Source: a virus (Duplodnaviria; Caudoviricetes). From it: a DNA stretch of 64,000 bases. Positions 30,701 through 40,266 of this stretch are shown piece by piece. A program made the translations under genes and the position numbers. Position 1 is the stretch's first letter, and each line of letters begins with the position of its first letter. The DNA is taken from IMG/VR virus record IMGVR_UViG_3300042691_038938, one strand, 5' to 3'. The notes below the pieces were generated by a model. The model saw only the letters and a list, made by a program, of their open reading frames with translations. It was not told the DNA's origin and ran no database searches.

Positions 30701-31324
30701 TAGGTCAACAACAGTATCATCCTCAAAATAATCGATTGCATTTTCATCTAAATCTAGCTTTAACGCATCGACATTGATGTTGTTACTTCCTTTGTAATTA
30801 GTATCAAAGAAAGCAGCTGCATCATCATCATTTGCTGCGTTGATTATGATTCTTTTGACTACGAATTGATCGATATCATCAGTTAAGATTGAAGTGATAT
30901 CTACATTCACATAGAGAAGAGGATTCAGGAAAGATTCAAAGAACCAGTTGTTCTTTACTTTAAATGAGTTAGGAACGGTGAACGTTGAATTTTGAACCTG
31001 CTCTAGGTCTTGTATCAGCTGTGAAGTCTTTTTTAATTCAAACTTACGAACGTCTCCGTTTGAAGACTTGATACCGATCACATCACTGTTTGCTGAGATT
31101 AAGACATCAAACTTAGAGTTAATGTCTTCGATCTTTCCTTTTAGGTAGCCAAATGATGGAACAGTTATATTCACAGCACTGCCGTCTGACTTAGTTTGAG
31201 AGACCGTTACGTTTTCTGATTGTGACTCAAGGATGTTCTGTAAGCTATACAAGAATGAGTTCATGTTGTCGATGTCAACAACAAGTCTCTGTAAAACGTC
31301 AGATAGAGTATGTTTAGTATCCAT
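27746..31324 (-). CDS. Large putative virion protein with a central coiled coil
   Basis: 1192 aa; heptad-rich ELNNNIKEKAALQQEVDELNKKIDSIK segment. Confidence 0.6.
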   Translation of the reverse strand: MDTKHTLSDVLQRLVVDIDNMNSFLYSLQNILESQSENVTVSQTKSDGSAVNITVPSFGYLKGKIEDINSKFDVLISANSDVIGIKSSNGDVRKFELKKTSQLIQDLEQVQNSTFTVPNSFKVKNNWFFESFLNPLLYVNVDITSILTDDIDQFVVKRIIINAANDDDAAAFFDTNYKGSNNINVDALKLDLDENAIDYFEDDTVVDLAVAVNRYQGSFDVIKILEEEGNQTLTSGQTVSTVRRRYKLSTLNYTDIVAGVQNTKFLSIGDVLITTGDSEYRVASISTTDTEVVLEKIFGTDAITIGASILRVKPSPYRVPELPVNVGFNEREVIFVKPVSKAKNLTIDGFSKGFGVYTNELTIPLVDNSSSTLEDYYNNFVSDFGLILLNLAKEKTVPTIIGEIPSSPNLFESNFSVIQVDAHIQDDKNVTELNNNIKEKAALQQEVDELNKKIDSIKSTITTVAKTDKEAKRLQKQLTQSLNSRNEKVTALSTLVNNISLQLSTTPQFIVKKKYRVRGFWQIPDAKVTKYGPQQVVQFKYRYRYLSLSGTQPNATQQPFIDSDGATKTATFSPWTEELTRPRVKELDPETGLYVWVDEILNDADAVNTNQLSIPIRKGEIVEIQVKSLSEAGWPTNPVESVWSNSVQIQFPASIQSEEEATLVSQKAFAEKVRIDFENNLNSKGLDIHTANQFTQGDKFYSHIAEDISSGFFTSEGNVVDLYQKLKSLQATLDGIQQSITTDRGAIKVRVIDSEGNSLDVSNGDTISLFGGFYKDLIKDTTGGTVIYNEGDIITKQYAVSIQNTSATNLELVSLLFGGIGQLSTTSNPSGNPDNDYHVNRRYDIVPIGVNSNPTPQLGNFKQRAGAQSGQVMSQFIHSRVRDYGLSEEVYSPGDPSTGFGTYFTAAYTYQGQTVNTTNFVPVNWGHYLPFNPQYSGVTGTSTDSRIWNGTTSAIPVTANGGGYLTEFCVSKDHPEIPTLCGPSFAIGNIAEVFRPDFGSSLAIPLTANQEYLPFSHALHFETSTSENTNAFGVEYYKQASRTTPVIPTNNVTDKDDSHYPIKLGFKNNDKYLVGKYTCGAYLYMYPTNYESVSVEGNFPARSSKIIKFGEENSINIPVLFQFRASDKLGYVGGYRTTSTLTNIKYSKKIGIDIIIKDESPFSFDLKVDAQYIKETSLDSPLVQSRGVRSSF

Positions 31325-31332
31325 TTATCTTC

Positions 31333-33435
31333 TTATCTTATTTTGTCCACTCTAAAGGTGAATAGTGTGCTGTCCAAACAGATTATGTCAAAAATAGGGG
31401 CATTTTGAGAAGGGGTGAAATCAAGATCAGTAAGGACTGATATTAGGACACCATATTCTCCGTTATTGCTCCTATTTAGAGCATCTGTGTATATCTTAAC
31501 GTCATAGACGCTAGGTTCTAATTGATCTTCAAAGACTAGTCTTAATATCTGACCTTTTCTCCATTCAAACTTAGTATCGTCTATGAATATCTGAAGATCT
31601 CTTGAAAGAACTATCGGCGTTCCTGAGTTCTGATGAACATAATAGTTCGTGAAAGTAGATAACTCAAGAACATTGTTTGTGAACACGTTTCTCAATGAGG
31701 TATCAGATATGTTATAGTATTGTGTCGAATTGATTATTCTAGCAATATTTGGAGTTCGACGGTCGACTGATATGCCCAATCCTGGTCGAATTGCATCTAG
31801 ATCATATGACACAGTAACATTAGTGTCTCCATTTAAGATAGAATCAAGCTTAGTATTAGTATTGTCTATCATGTTCATGATCACACCAGTGTTATCAAAT
31901 ATCGCTTGATTTTCGATTAATGAAGTCTCCAAATCAGTTATCCTAGCTGAAAGTTCAGCTGAATTAGTATCATTGAGCATGAGATCTTTAAGATTATTGA
32001 CCTCCTGTTGTAATGACTCTATCTCTAAGAGCTTGTCGTTAAATCTAGTCTGTAACTGTTTAAACTCAGTCAAAACATCAGTGAATAGCTCTAGAGAAAA
32101 GGTAGAGTAATCGTTTATTGACTTCTCTATCTTAGTATCCTCAGCCGACGTGTCAAGCTTGAGATTTAACTTAAATGAAAAGGCATTACCGTTTGTCTTA
32201 TTTAGAGGGTCCGGTTTGTACTTAGAAATAGGCGGAATCTCAAATTCTAATCCAGACTGTTGTATTCTATCTAAGAATAGTACACCATATAGGTTGGTTC
32301 GTATGTCTATTGGAACCCCTGAAGCATCTACGTTATTTGGATCGTATACATCATAGTACACTAAGATCGCATTGAATTCAAAGTCACGATTTGCTACGTA
32401 ATCATTGAATTGTGAAAATACTTTTATCTCAGGATTTTCACTGGCTAGTTTGTAATTAGCTAAATCAAAGTCTAGAGATATTCCGTCTAATGTGGTTCTA
32501 GGATATTCGACGGATGTTATTCCTAACTGTTTTAGAACGTATTGATCAGTCGCAACATCGTATACACCAGTGTTATTGTAATTATCTGTGTAGTAGGCGT
32601 TATTGATCGTCTTATTGAACCAATTACCTGGAGCGTATGCACCAGTATATGAATTTTTAATTTGAGTAAACACGCTCTGATCGTCAAGATCGTAAAAGGC
32701 CTTTATTGAAAGCCCAAATGGGTGAGTCTCATTGTATCTTCTTCCAGAGAGATACTCAATGTTTAGAGGATCAATTGGAGAATTAGCAATCGTCATGTTT
32801 GGAAAGTAATTGAAATCACTAACTGATTTAAACAGGACGTGAGGCGTTGTACCAACATTCGTTGGCACGTGAATATAGACCTCAGTGTAAGAGTTGGCAG
32901 CCGATGCTAGTGAGTTAACAACGTCAATGTCCCCGATGTATTTTACTACACGGTTATAGGTAGAAGTCGTCTCAGGTTTTTCAACGAATCTCTTCTCTGT
33001 TCCAAGAACATTTATGTTCTTTTCTAAGGTATTTGCATCTTGAAAGCGAACTGCTCCTAATTCTTTTAACCACTTCCAAAAGACTCTTTCAGAAACAGTC
33101 AGTCTCTCGTTTCTTTTGTATTGTGGCCTACTTAATAATAATGCCTCAAGGTTAAGGGCATAGTTTTGAAAACTCTCAGCTAAGTTAACGTTATTATCGG
33201 GATTTAATCCCTCAATCAGTGGAGTTTCTCCTGGGGCAGCAAACTGTATCTTGTTGTCAGTCGCTAGAGAATTTGGTTCGCCGATCTCAGGTATTCTTAA
33301 TAGGGCAAACTTGGAAAAACGTACAGCACCCTCACTGTTACTTAAGGTGATATTAATATCCTCAAGCGCGCTTTGAAAGTTGTAAAATATTCCCTTTTTA
33401 TTCTGAACTGGCTTTATTAAAGGAGTTACTGCCAT
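31333..33435 (-). CDS. Putative virion protein with a coiled coil
   Basis: 700 aa; coiled segment FKQLQTRFNDKLLEIESLQQEVNNLKD. Confidence 0.6.
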   Translation of the reverse strand: MAVTPLIKPVQNKKGIFYNFQSALEDINITLSNSEGAVRFSKFALLRIPEIGEPNSLATDNKIQFAAPGETPLIEGLNPDNNVNLAESFQNYALNLEALLLSRPQYKRNERLTVSERVFWKWLKELGAVRFQDANTLEKNINVLGTEKRFVEKPETTSTYNRVVKYIGDIDVVNSLASAANSYTEVYIHVPTNVGTTPHVLFKSVSDFNYFPNMTIANSPIDPLNIEYLSGRRYNETHPFGLSIKAFYDLDDQSVFTQIKNSYTGAYAPGNWFNKTINNAYYTDNYNNTGVYDVATDQYVLKQLGITSVEYPRTTLDGISLDFDLANYKLASENPEIKVFSQFNDYVANRDFEFNAILVYYDVYDPNNVDASGVPIDIRTNLYGVLFLDRIQQSGLEFEIPPISKYKPDPLNKTNGNAFSFKLNLKLDTSAEDTKIEKSINDYSTFSLELFTDVLTEFKQLQTRFNDKLLEIESLQQEVNNLKDLMLNDTNSAELSARITDLETSLIENQAIFDNTGVIMNMIDNTNTKLDSILNGDTNVTVSYDLDAIRPGLGISVDRRTPNIARIINSTQYYNISDTSLRNVFTNNVLELSTFTNYYVHQNSGTPIVLSRDLQIFIDDTKFEWRKGQILRLVFEDQLEPSVYDVKIYTDALNRSNNGEYGVLISVLTDLDFTPSQNAPIFDIICLDSTLFTFRVDKIR

Positions 33436-33454
33436 TTACTTTTTTTTATTTTTA

Positions 33455-34411
33455 TTAGAATTGCTCCATTCCTACCGCGCCGGTGATCAAGAGACGATCG
33501 TTTGTTAATTCATCTAGGATATAAAGCAGTGAAGCATTACTTCCATACGCAGATAAAGTGGTATTAGGAATCACTGTACTTGCAGGATTTACTCCCAATG
33601 AGAAGCTTCCATCATGTAAGATGATTGGAGAGCTAGTATTTTGATTCGTTCCAGCCTTTATGTAAACCGGTAAGGATGCACCGTTTACTGCGGTAAGGAT
33701 TGATGTGAGGTTAACGTCCTCAACAACATCGACGATGTGAATAGTATACCTAGCATTTGGTGCTGGTGGGTTAGTCGCATCGAAATCAATATAGAGCGCG
33801 ATATTAGTGATTGTTCCAATGATGTTACCAACTCCATCGTATACTGGAGGTATGTTCGGTGAAGTCACCGCTTTCAACTTAACAAATATGTTCTGTCTAG
33901 AAGTATTAGTTAATGTGATTGTCGCTTTAGCTTCGGAACCATTTGCAGCAAGGTCCAATACAACAGATTCTTTTGATTCAATCACGCTTGACTTAAAGTT
34001 CACAGTTGAATTAAACTCAGATGGGCCGTTAAATGATGAAGCGTCTGTCACTATCATGTCGTTAACGTTCAACTCATTTAAGCTAGTTATCGCATTAACA
34101 TTAAGCAAGTCAACAGTAAAGATAGATTCGTTTAGACCGTTTTTTTCCAATTTTGCGATAATTTGGTTTGGAGTACCGGTCTGATAGATGATTCCCTGAT
34201 CCTGTAGAATGACTGATTGCGTCTTGATAAAATTTATCGCGTTATCAGTTCCTATTGAGAGAGAATTCACGTCTATCTCCAAGTTATTGATAAGATCCTC
34301 TAATTTAGCCTGTAGAAGTAGGTCATTTGCGTTACTGATGGTTGCGATGTCCGTCACAAAATTAGTAAGCAAGATCTCTTGGATCGGTAAAGAAACTGGT
34401 GTAAATGCCAT
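33455..34411 (-). CDS. Putative virion protein
   Basis: 318 aa, beta-rich; late-type motif at 34431-34438. Confidence 0.55.
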   Translation of the reverse strand: MAFTPVSLPIQEILLTNFVTDIATISNANDLLLQAKLEDLINNLEIDVNSLSIGTDNAINFIKTQSVILQDQGIIYQTGTPNQIIAKLEKNGLNESIFTVDLLNVNAITSLNELNVNDMIVTDASSFNGPSEFNSTVNFKSSVIESKESVVLDLAANGSEAKATITLTNTSRQNIFVKLKAVTSPNIPPVYDGVGNIIGTITNIALYIDFDATNPPAPNARYTIHIVDVVEDVNLTSILTAVNGASLPVYIKAGTNQNTSSPIILHDGSFSLGVNPASTVIPNTTLSAYGSNASLLYILDELTNDRLLITGAVGMEQF

Positions 34412-34440
34412 TTCAATTAATTATTTTTAGTTATTTATTA

Positions 34441-37400
34441 TTAGTAAGGCTTGTTCTTTAATAATTGAACTTTCCTTTCGTTTAATCTTGTTTCTATCTC
34501 ATTCACGTAACTAGTCTTATTCAAGACTCTAATAAAGTTTTGTACTACAGTCTCGTATTTTGTTTTACGATTGTCGTACACTTCAACGCTTAATGTAAAA
34601 TTACCTAAGTCTTTGAACTTCCAAACAAAGAATGGAACTGATCTTACTTTTATTACTTCTTCGCCTGTGATGTCATTTTTTAAGGTCCATACGAAATCGG
34701 ATTTTCCGTCTAAGTTATTCACAACAAAGAAGCATATGGCATTCTTAGGAGCAGCAAAGGTGCCGTTAAAAAGTTTTATGTCGGTTATGTTAAAGACATT
34801 TTGGTCTATTGTGGTAGGCAAGTATCCTATCTGCTCATCGTTTACATATTTCCAATATTTCTCGTCCCTCCAAAAGACTGGATCCTGTACTGCTCCATTG
34901 ATCACGTCGCTAGTTTTAGCAAATAGGAATAGGGTTTCCACATCAAAGACTGGTGAGATGGATTGTAAAAAGCTTATTAACGACGCTGAGAATACCTTTT
35001 TAGGTAGGAAAAAGGTGTACTCATCGTTTTTTCCACCAGCTCCATTACCTCCGCCTCCTGGGCTTGGGCTAAATCCTGGGCTTGGGCTAAACTGTCCTGG
35101 AGAATAGAGCATGTGATACATGATACGGCTTAAGTATTCTGCCTGTGCATGAATGCGACCGTTTATGATCTCATAATTGAATAATCTGATGGCTGGATGA
35201 TTGCTCTCATTGAGTATCGTGATTAGCTCATCAACGGTTGAATAGTTTGGAACAACGTAATCTGAATAAAGAGAGATCTTTATTATGCTTCCTGGAGGTG
35301 GAACTTTGATGTAAAATCCTGCGTTAAAATCATCAACATAAACTAGATCAGTAAGTCGCATCCAATACATGTCACCGACTCTAACGTCTCTAAAATCCTT
35401 TAGTGTTATGGGTATGTCGTTTTCACCTAATCCCCAAGAAAGCTTTTCTGGATGGGATTGTGCTGGATCTAGGTATGGAACGAATTGACCTGTGTCTGAA
35501 TTATATAGCTCTGCCAGATAAAGGTTTTGTCCCAATCCATAGCTATTCTTGTAGAATGAGATCCACTCTAATAGGTTCTTGTAAACGTTGATCTCCACTG
35601 CAGAGTCCTCATTATTGAGAACATTGACCTTTGGATAGTAAATCGGCGATGCTCCAAAATCCTGTAATCTAACGTTACTTAGGTTTTGTACACTGTACTC
35701 AAACTTGTCCTCAAGTCTAGAAAACGCGATGATTTCAGGTTTCATCTGGTCGGAAACAGTCACAAACTTTGAGAATGTGCTCACGTTGCCGCAAAAGTCA
35801 AAGAGCTCAATGATGACTCTATACTCTCCAGCATAGGGTAAAAAATGAGGTAATATATGCAGGTCAACAAGCTTACCCCTATACTCAAAGTTATAGGGAT
35901 TTGGAGAGGCTTTTACTATTCTCCAGTTTATCTCATAATAGTTCTTAAAATCTATGTTCTCTAGGGTCCAATATGGATCCAGTCCAGGAGCGATTGCATC
36001 TAGATCGTCTATTCTTACTCCTCGAAGATCGGCTATTGTGAATCGACCAACATCTGCGGTAAGAACCACTGGGGCACCTATCACCCTTTGAGGATCGTCA
36101 CCAAACTCCCAACTTAACCTAGCGTTAAGATCTGGAATTCTTTGGTCACGAATCTCAACATAATATTTTTCTATATAGTCAACTATTCCTGGTATCTCTT
36201 CCCTAGTGTAAAATTGAAAGGATTCAAATGGATTTTTGCTTGACTCATTGAGTTGAACCACTCCAAAGTCTATTCCATTAGGCTCGGCCGTTCTGTACAG
36301 AGGATCTAGTGATCTTAAAACAAGGTTAGTATCGTTCCCAGGATATAGTGTCACCTTGGCAGGCTCATTGATATCGTAATCTCTGATCTTAGTAGAATCG
36401 CTCCAATAATTGATCGTTAGTTTTTGAAAGTAGATGAACTCCCCTATGATGTCCCTGATCTTTACGTTGATTGGAATGAATTCATTCTTTAGTTTCTTGC
36501 GAAGCAGATCCAACTTATAGAAGATCTCATTAACACTAAAGTCAGTGGTCTCCTGTACGAGAGGAATCCCATCATCGTCAAACTCGTCAGTCATTTGAGT
36601 AAACTCATAAACTAATGCTAAGAACTCTGTCTTTTTAAACTGACTCCCTTCCTTTAATCCTCTATTTGCATCGACTAGATCTAGAGTGTCGATCTTGCCG
36701 TCATCTAAGTAATCGGTGAGATCCACCATAGTAAGAGTATTAAAGTATGGAGACCTGGGATTTGAATTTATCCAATATTCCTTTACTCGAAGAACGTCTT
36801 TGTATCCAAGAAGATTCACGATATTTGCGAGTCCCCTGTAAGTACCGATGTATGGAAAAACTTCTTCCTTGTTTACTAATAGGTTCTTTCTTGCGGCATT
36901 CAACGCCTCAAGGTCTGGATATGCCTCCTTGATGTCGTAGTCCTTAAGCACGTTTGCGTCCTCGCGTAGGAACTTGATTCCAAAGTTCTGACACCATACC
37001 TTAAATCGATCTTCTTCCTCCTCGCCTTCACCATAGAAGGATATCTCAACTATGAGTTCAGTCACCGCTCCTATCTTTCTATGTACAAGCAAGGTCCTTT
37101 CGTACCTAGCTTCAGTGTAGGGATTAAATGCGATGTTTGCCTGTAAAGGAAACCTTAAGTCTAGCGGAGAAGAGAGATTTGAGTAGTCTGAGTGAGCGAA
37201 TGTCTTGGTCTCTATCTTATTGATAAAGTTTTCCTGTAGTTCTAAATCCCTAATCACATCATAGAGAAAGAACTCATCTGAGTTTTTAGAATCCTTCCAT
37301 GAAAATATCAGTGACTCGTTTTGAACTAGAGTCGGAAACTTATAAGCATTACCAACTTTCTCAAGAATAAAGAGGTTCTCATTCTCAAATAGGTATGCTG

Positions 37401-37509
37401 AAATTGGTTCAAAGTAGATAGCCCCTTTCCAGACTTCGTTAATAGCATCGTACTCTAGGTTCAGGTTCTTTCCGAACTTATCAAAGAAGTTGAGATTTTG
37501 AACATTCAT
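34441..37509 (-). CDS. Putative baseplate wedge-like protein with PKD-like domains
   Basis: YIGTYRGLANIVNLLGY resembles the wedge (gp7/P2 gpI-type) motif. PKD-like YAGEYRVIIELFD and WKFKDLGNFTLSVEVYD. Late-type motif at 37531-37538. Confidence 0.5.
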   Translation of the reverse strand: MNVQNLNFFDKFGKNLNLEYDAINEVWKGAIYFEPISAYLFENENLFILEKVGNAYKFPTLVQNESLIFSWKDSKNSDEFFLYDVIRDLELQENFINKIETKTFAHSDYSNLSSPLDLRFPLQANIAFNPYTEARYERTLLVHRKIGAVTELIVEISFYGEGEEEEDRFKVWCQNFGIKFLREDANVLKDYDIKEAYPDLEALNAARKNLLVNKEEVFPYIGTYRGLANIVNLLGYKDVLRVKEYWINSNPRSPYFNTLTMVDLTDYLDDGKIDTLDLVDANRGLKEGSQFKKTEFLALVYEFTQMTDEFDDDGIPLVQETTDFSVNEIFYKLDLLRKKLKNEFIPINVKIRDIIGEFIYFQKLTINYWSDSTKIRDYDINEPAKVTLYPGNDTNLVLRSLDPLYRTAEPNGIDFGVVQLNESSKNPFESFQFYTREEIPGIVDYIEKYYVEIRDQRIPDLNARLSWEFGDDPQRVIGAPVVLTADVGRFTIADLRGVRIDDLDAIAPGLDPYWTLENIDFKNYYEINWRIVKASPNPYNFEYRGKLVDLHILPHFLPYAGEYRVIIELFDFCGNVSTFSKFVTVSDQMKPEIIAFSRLEDKFEYSVQNLSNVRLQDFGASPIYYPKVNVLNNEDSAVEINVYKNLLEWISFYKNSYGLGQNLYLAELYNSDTGQFVPYLDPAQSHPEKLSWGLGENDIPITLKDFRDVRVGDMYWMRLTDLVYVDDFNAGFYIKVPPPGSIIKISLYSDYVVPNYSTVDELITILNESNHPAIRLFNYEIINGRIHAQAEYLSRIMYHMLYSPGQFSPSPGFSPSPGGGGNGAGGKNDEYTFFLPKKVFSASLISFLQSISPVFDVETLFLFAKTSDVINGAVQDPVFWRDEKYWKYVNDEQIGYLPTTIDQNVFNITDIKLFNGTFAAPKNAICFFVVNNLDGKSDFVWTLKNDITGEEVIKVRSVPFFVWKFKDLGNFTLSVEVYDNRKTKYETVVQNFIRVLNKTSYVNEIETRLNERKVQLLKNKPY
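35056..35091 (-). repeat. Exact 18-nt tandem duplication encoding FSPSPG x2 before a Gly linker
   Basis: tcctgggcttgggctaaa occurs at 35056 and 35074. Confidence 0.9.
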
Positions 37510-37550
37510 TCGCTTTTTCTTGCCTTTATGTTATTTATTAAGATTTAGAG

Positions 37551-37949
37551 CTAGATGCTGTAAACTGAACTTTCTCCATTAGAATTGATAGAGATGAAAT
37601 CTAGGCTCTCGTCAGAGTCTAAGCCAGTTTTACGGTGTATGCTCTTCCACTGTTTTGCGTAACCGTTTTTACAGATCTGAGTAAAATAAGCAAAGGCGTT
37701 TGGTGTCGCCATTTTGCTCTCGTCAAAGCTCTTCCAATATTTTAGGCAGTCTAATATGGCAGACTGTACGCAGTCTTCCTTGTCTCGATAGTCCTTAAAG
37801 TATAGTCGATCTACTGCTCGGTTTGCGAGTGAGATAAAACAGTTTACTGAGAACTCCGAGAGCTCTCCGTTATTTTTACATTTAATGATGTCAGCTGTGA
37901 ATTCCTTATTATTGATATAGTGGGTGTCCCCTCTTCTTTTTCTTGCCAT
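37551..37949 (-). CDS. Late-transcription sigma factor (T4 gp55-like)
   Basis: HYINNKEF, KEDCVQSAILDCLKYWKSFD and PNAFAYFTQICKN motifs. Confidence 0.8.
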   Translation of the reverse strand: MARKRRGDTHYINNKEFTADIIKCKNNGELSEFSVNCFISLANRAVDRLYFKDYRDKEDCVQSAILDCLKYWKSFDESKMATPNAFAYFTQICKNGYAKQWKSIHRKTGLDSDESLDFISINSNGESSVYSI

Positions 37950-37959
37950 TTATCCAAGA

Positions 37960-38619
37960 TTATTTTGAAAGCTGGTAGACCTTCGCTATTCCTAGATAAG
38001 AGTCCACCATGTCAATGATTGGGGAGACTATTCGTTCCCCATCGACTATCCATTTCTCTTGGTTAACGGCTTGAAAAAGATCAGAGTTCTTTACTGCTTC
38101 CATGCCAGGATCCTCTTTAAAACGTTCAAAGATGTCCTTTTTGTTAGCGTTTCCCTTGCAGCCTATCGCGTTCTTTAGCTCGCTAGGGCTAAAGATAAAG
38201 AGTCGGTCGGCTTGACCTTTTAGTACCTTTGTTAAGAGTTCGTGCTTTAAGATTCCTGTTGATTGTGAAATATCGACCAGTGAGTTTCCTTTAGATCCAA
38301 ATGAGATGCCTTCTAGAGCAACGATTACTTCATCGTCGCCTACTTCAGATAAGAGTTCAGAGATAATTAAATTGATGAGTTCTTGGTAGTTTATCAGTTT
38401 CGTCCTTTCGGTGATGTGATACTCTGGATGAGTCTTTCGGATAGTGCTAGTCTTTAGGATCTTTATGGCTGGATACTTTTGAGTAAGGTAGTCCAAGTTA
38501 GCTTGATCGGCTTTCTTTAGCTTAGTGTTTACTACAGAAAACCACTTAAACTCTTTTAGGTCCTTACAGACACAGATTCCAGGATAAAGAATAGAAAAGT
38601 CTATGCTGACTATCGTCAT
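37960..38619 (-). CDS. RuvC-like Holliday junction resolvase
   Basis: IVSIDFS, VALEGISFGS, PSELK...GNANK and DMVDSY acidic motifs. Confidence 0.75.
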   Translation of the reverse strand: MTIVSIDFSILYPGICVCKDLKEFKWFSVVNTKLKKADQANLDYLTQKYPAIKILKTSTIRKTHPEYHITERTKLINYQELINLIISELLSEVGDDEVIVALEGISFGSKGNSLVDISQSTGILKHELLTKVLKGQADRLFIFSPSELKNAIGCKGNANKKDIFERFKEDPGMEAVKNSDLFQAVNQEKWIVDGERIVSPIIDMVDSYLGIAKVYQLSK

Positions 38620-38648
38620 TCATAACTGATATTTTTTAGATGCTCTAG

Positions 38649-38674
38649 TTATACTATGCAGCTTTAAAAAAGTT
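38649..38674 (-). promoter_or_regulatory. Putative early/middle promoter (AACTTTT-N12-AGTATAA)
   Basis: Recurrent motif located upstream of the resolvase/gp55 pair. Confidence 0.55.
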
Positions 38675-38759
38675 CTTGATTTCAAAAATATTATTTATCT
38701 TTGAAAACCTTTGCTATTTTCCCTAGTACAATGGGATGGCGGGTGGGTTACTAGTAGTA

Positions 38760-38787
38760 TTACTTTAATCTTACTTTAATCTTACTA
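38760..38787. repeat. 11-nt tandem repeat (ttactttaatc x2 plus a partial copy) in the divergent intergenic region
   Basis: Read directly from the sequence. Confidence 0.8.
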
Positions 38788-38864
38788 GATAGTACTCTAG
38801 TATACTCGTGCACACGGAAAAAGCGAAATTTTAAGAATTCCCCTAAATTTAGTATAATATCTCT

Positions 38865-39830
38865 ATGAGATTAGGATACTGTTGCATCAACCTTAGCCTT
38901 AGAGATAAAGGCATTACCGCTAACCGCGGCATGATCAAAAAGACTTGGCAGGAGCAGGGCATGGCCCGAGCCAGCGAGCTTGCGATCCTTAACTTGACCG
39001 ATCTGTATGAGATCATCAAGTGGAATATCGAACATGATATCCAAGTCTATCGCATGTCTAGCGATATCTTTCCCTGGATGAGCGAGTATAGGTTTGAGGA
39101 ATTACCAAAATACGAAGAGATATGCTCTCTCCTCAAGCGAATAGGCTCGCTAGCCATGCAAAACAATATACGTCTATCCTTTCATCCTGGCCAGTTTGAC
39201 GTGCTTGCTTCTCCTAATCCTGACGTGGTTAGTAAGACCATTTATGACTTGGACCAACACGCTAGGATCATGGATCTCATGGGTCTACCTCAAGACTATC
39301 GTTCTCCCATCAACATTCACATCGGTGGATCGTATGGAGACAAGGAAAGCGCTTTGTCTAGGTTCTGTGAAAACTTCAAGCGACTCGCCCCCTCCACGCA
39401 AGCTAGGCTGGTGGTTGAAAACGACGATAAAGCGAGCCAGTTCTCAGTCAAGGATCTCTACTATGGCGTCTACCGTGTAGTGGGTTGCCCAGTCACATTC
39501 GATCACCTACACCACAGGTTCTGTACAGGTGATCTCTCTGCCAGCGAGGCCGCTCACTTGGCTGCTTCTACCTGGCACGGCTTTACTCCCATGCAGCACT
39601 ACTCCAGTTCCAAGTCACTGTATGAGGACTCTTCAGCGATCAACCGTTCCCATGCTGATTACGTCTATGATCTTATTCCAAGCTATGGTCTTGATGTAGA
39701 CGTTGAGGTCGAAGCCAAAGCCAAGGACCTAGCCGTTTTAAAATATCGTCAAGATTTAGTATCTAATGACCCAGTATTACAAAACCCAATTTTATTCGAA
39801 TTTGAAAGTTATGAAAATGTACAAGATTGA
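38865..39830 (+). CDS. uvsE: UV damage endonuclease
   Basis: MRLGYCCIN, YRMSSDIFPW, RLSFHPGQF, RLVVENDD, FDHLHH, HADY and EAKAKDLA motifs. Confidence 0.92.
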   Translation: MRLGYCCINLSLRDKGITANRGMIKKTWQEQGMARASELAILNLTDLYEIIKWNIEHDIQVYRMSSDIFPWMSEYRFEELPKYEEICSLLKRIGSLAMQNNIRLSFHPGQFDVLASPNPDVVSKTIYDLDQHARIMDLMGLPQDYRSPINIHIGGSYGDKESALSRFCENFKRLAPSTQARLVVENDDKASQFSVKDLYYGVYRVVGCPVTFDHLHHRFCTGDLSASEAAHLAASTWHGFTPMQHYSSSKSLYEDSSAINRSHADYVYDLIPSYGLDVDVEVEAKAKDLAVLKYRQDLVSNDPVLQNPILFEFESYENVQD

Positions 39831-40266
39831 GCTTAATGAGACACAACTAGTAGTGATGCAAGAGGCACTAGAATTCTATTCAAGGTTCCTACATGGACAG
39901 GTCGACCGAATTCCCTTTTCTCTAGACTTTAGGCTAAAGAACGAACATCGTCCTTGCTACAACAACCAGATACTTGATGATGCCTTTTGGGTCATTAAAA
40001 GAGAGATGTTTGGACTTAAGAATCGAGGAGCGTCATATCCGATTGGTGCTAGAACAATAAACACTTTAGAGGAGGACAAGGAGTTACCTGAACCTCAAAT
40101 CGCTTACGAAATGTACAAGATGATACTTTACTTATGGCGCCAGGAATCAATCACCAAGGCAATCACAGAGGGCAAGGATCCAGGCTGGACCGTTCATGAT
40201 GATCTGCCCTTGCACTATTCGGATCAGCCCTTCATAAAAATCAAAAAAATAGAGCAAAATGGATAA
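39811..40266 (+). CDS. Hypothetical protein
   Basis: In frame with ORF 39766..40266; a start at 39811 or 39817 is more likely. Confidence 0.6.
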   Translation: MKMYKIELNETQLVVMQEALEFYSRFLHGQVDRIPFSLDFRLKNEHRPCYNNQILDDAFWVIKREMFGLKNRGASYPIGARTINTLEEDKELPEPQIAYEMYKMILYLWRQESITKAITEGKDPGWTVHDDLPLHYSDQPFIKIKKIEQNG

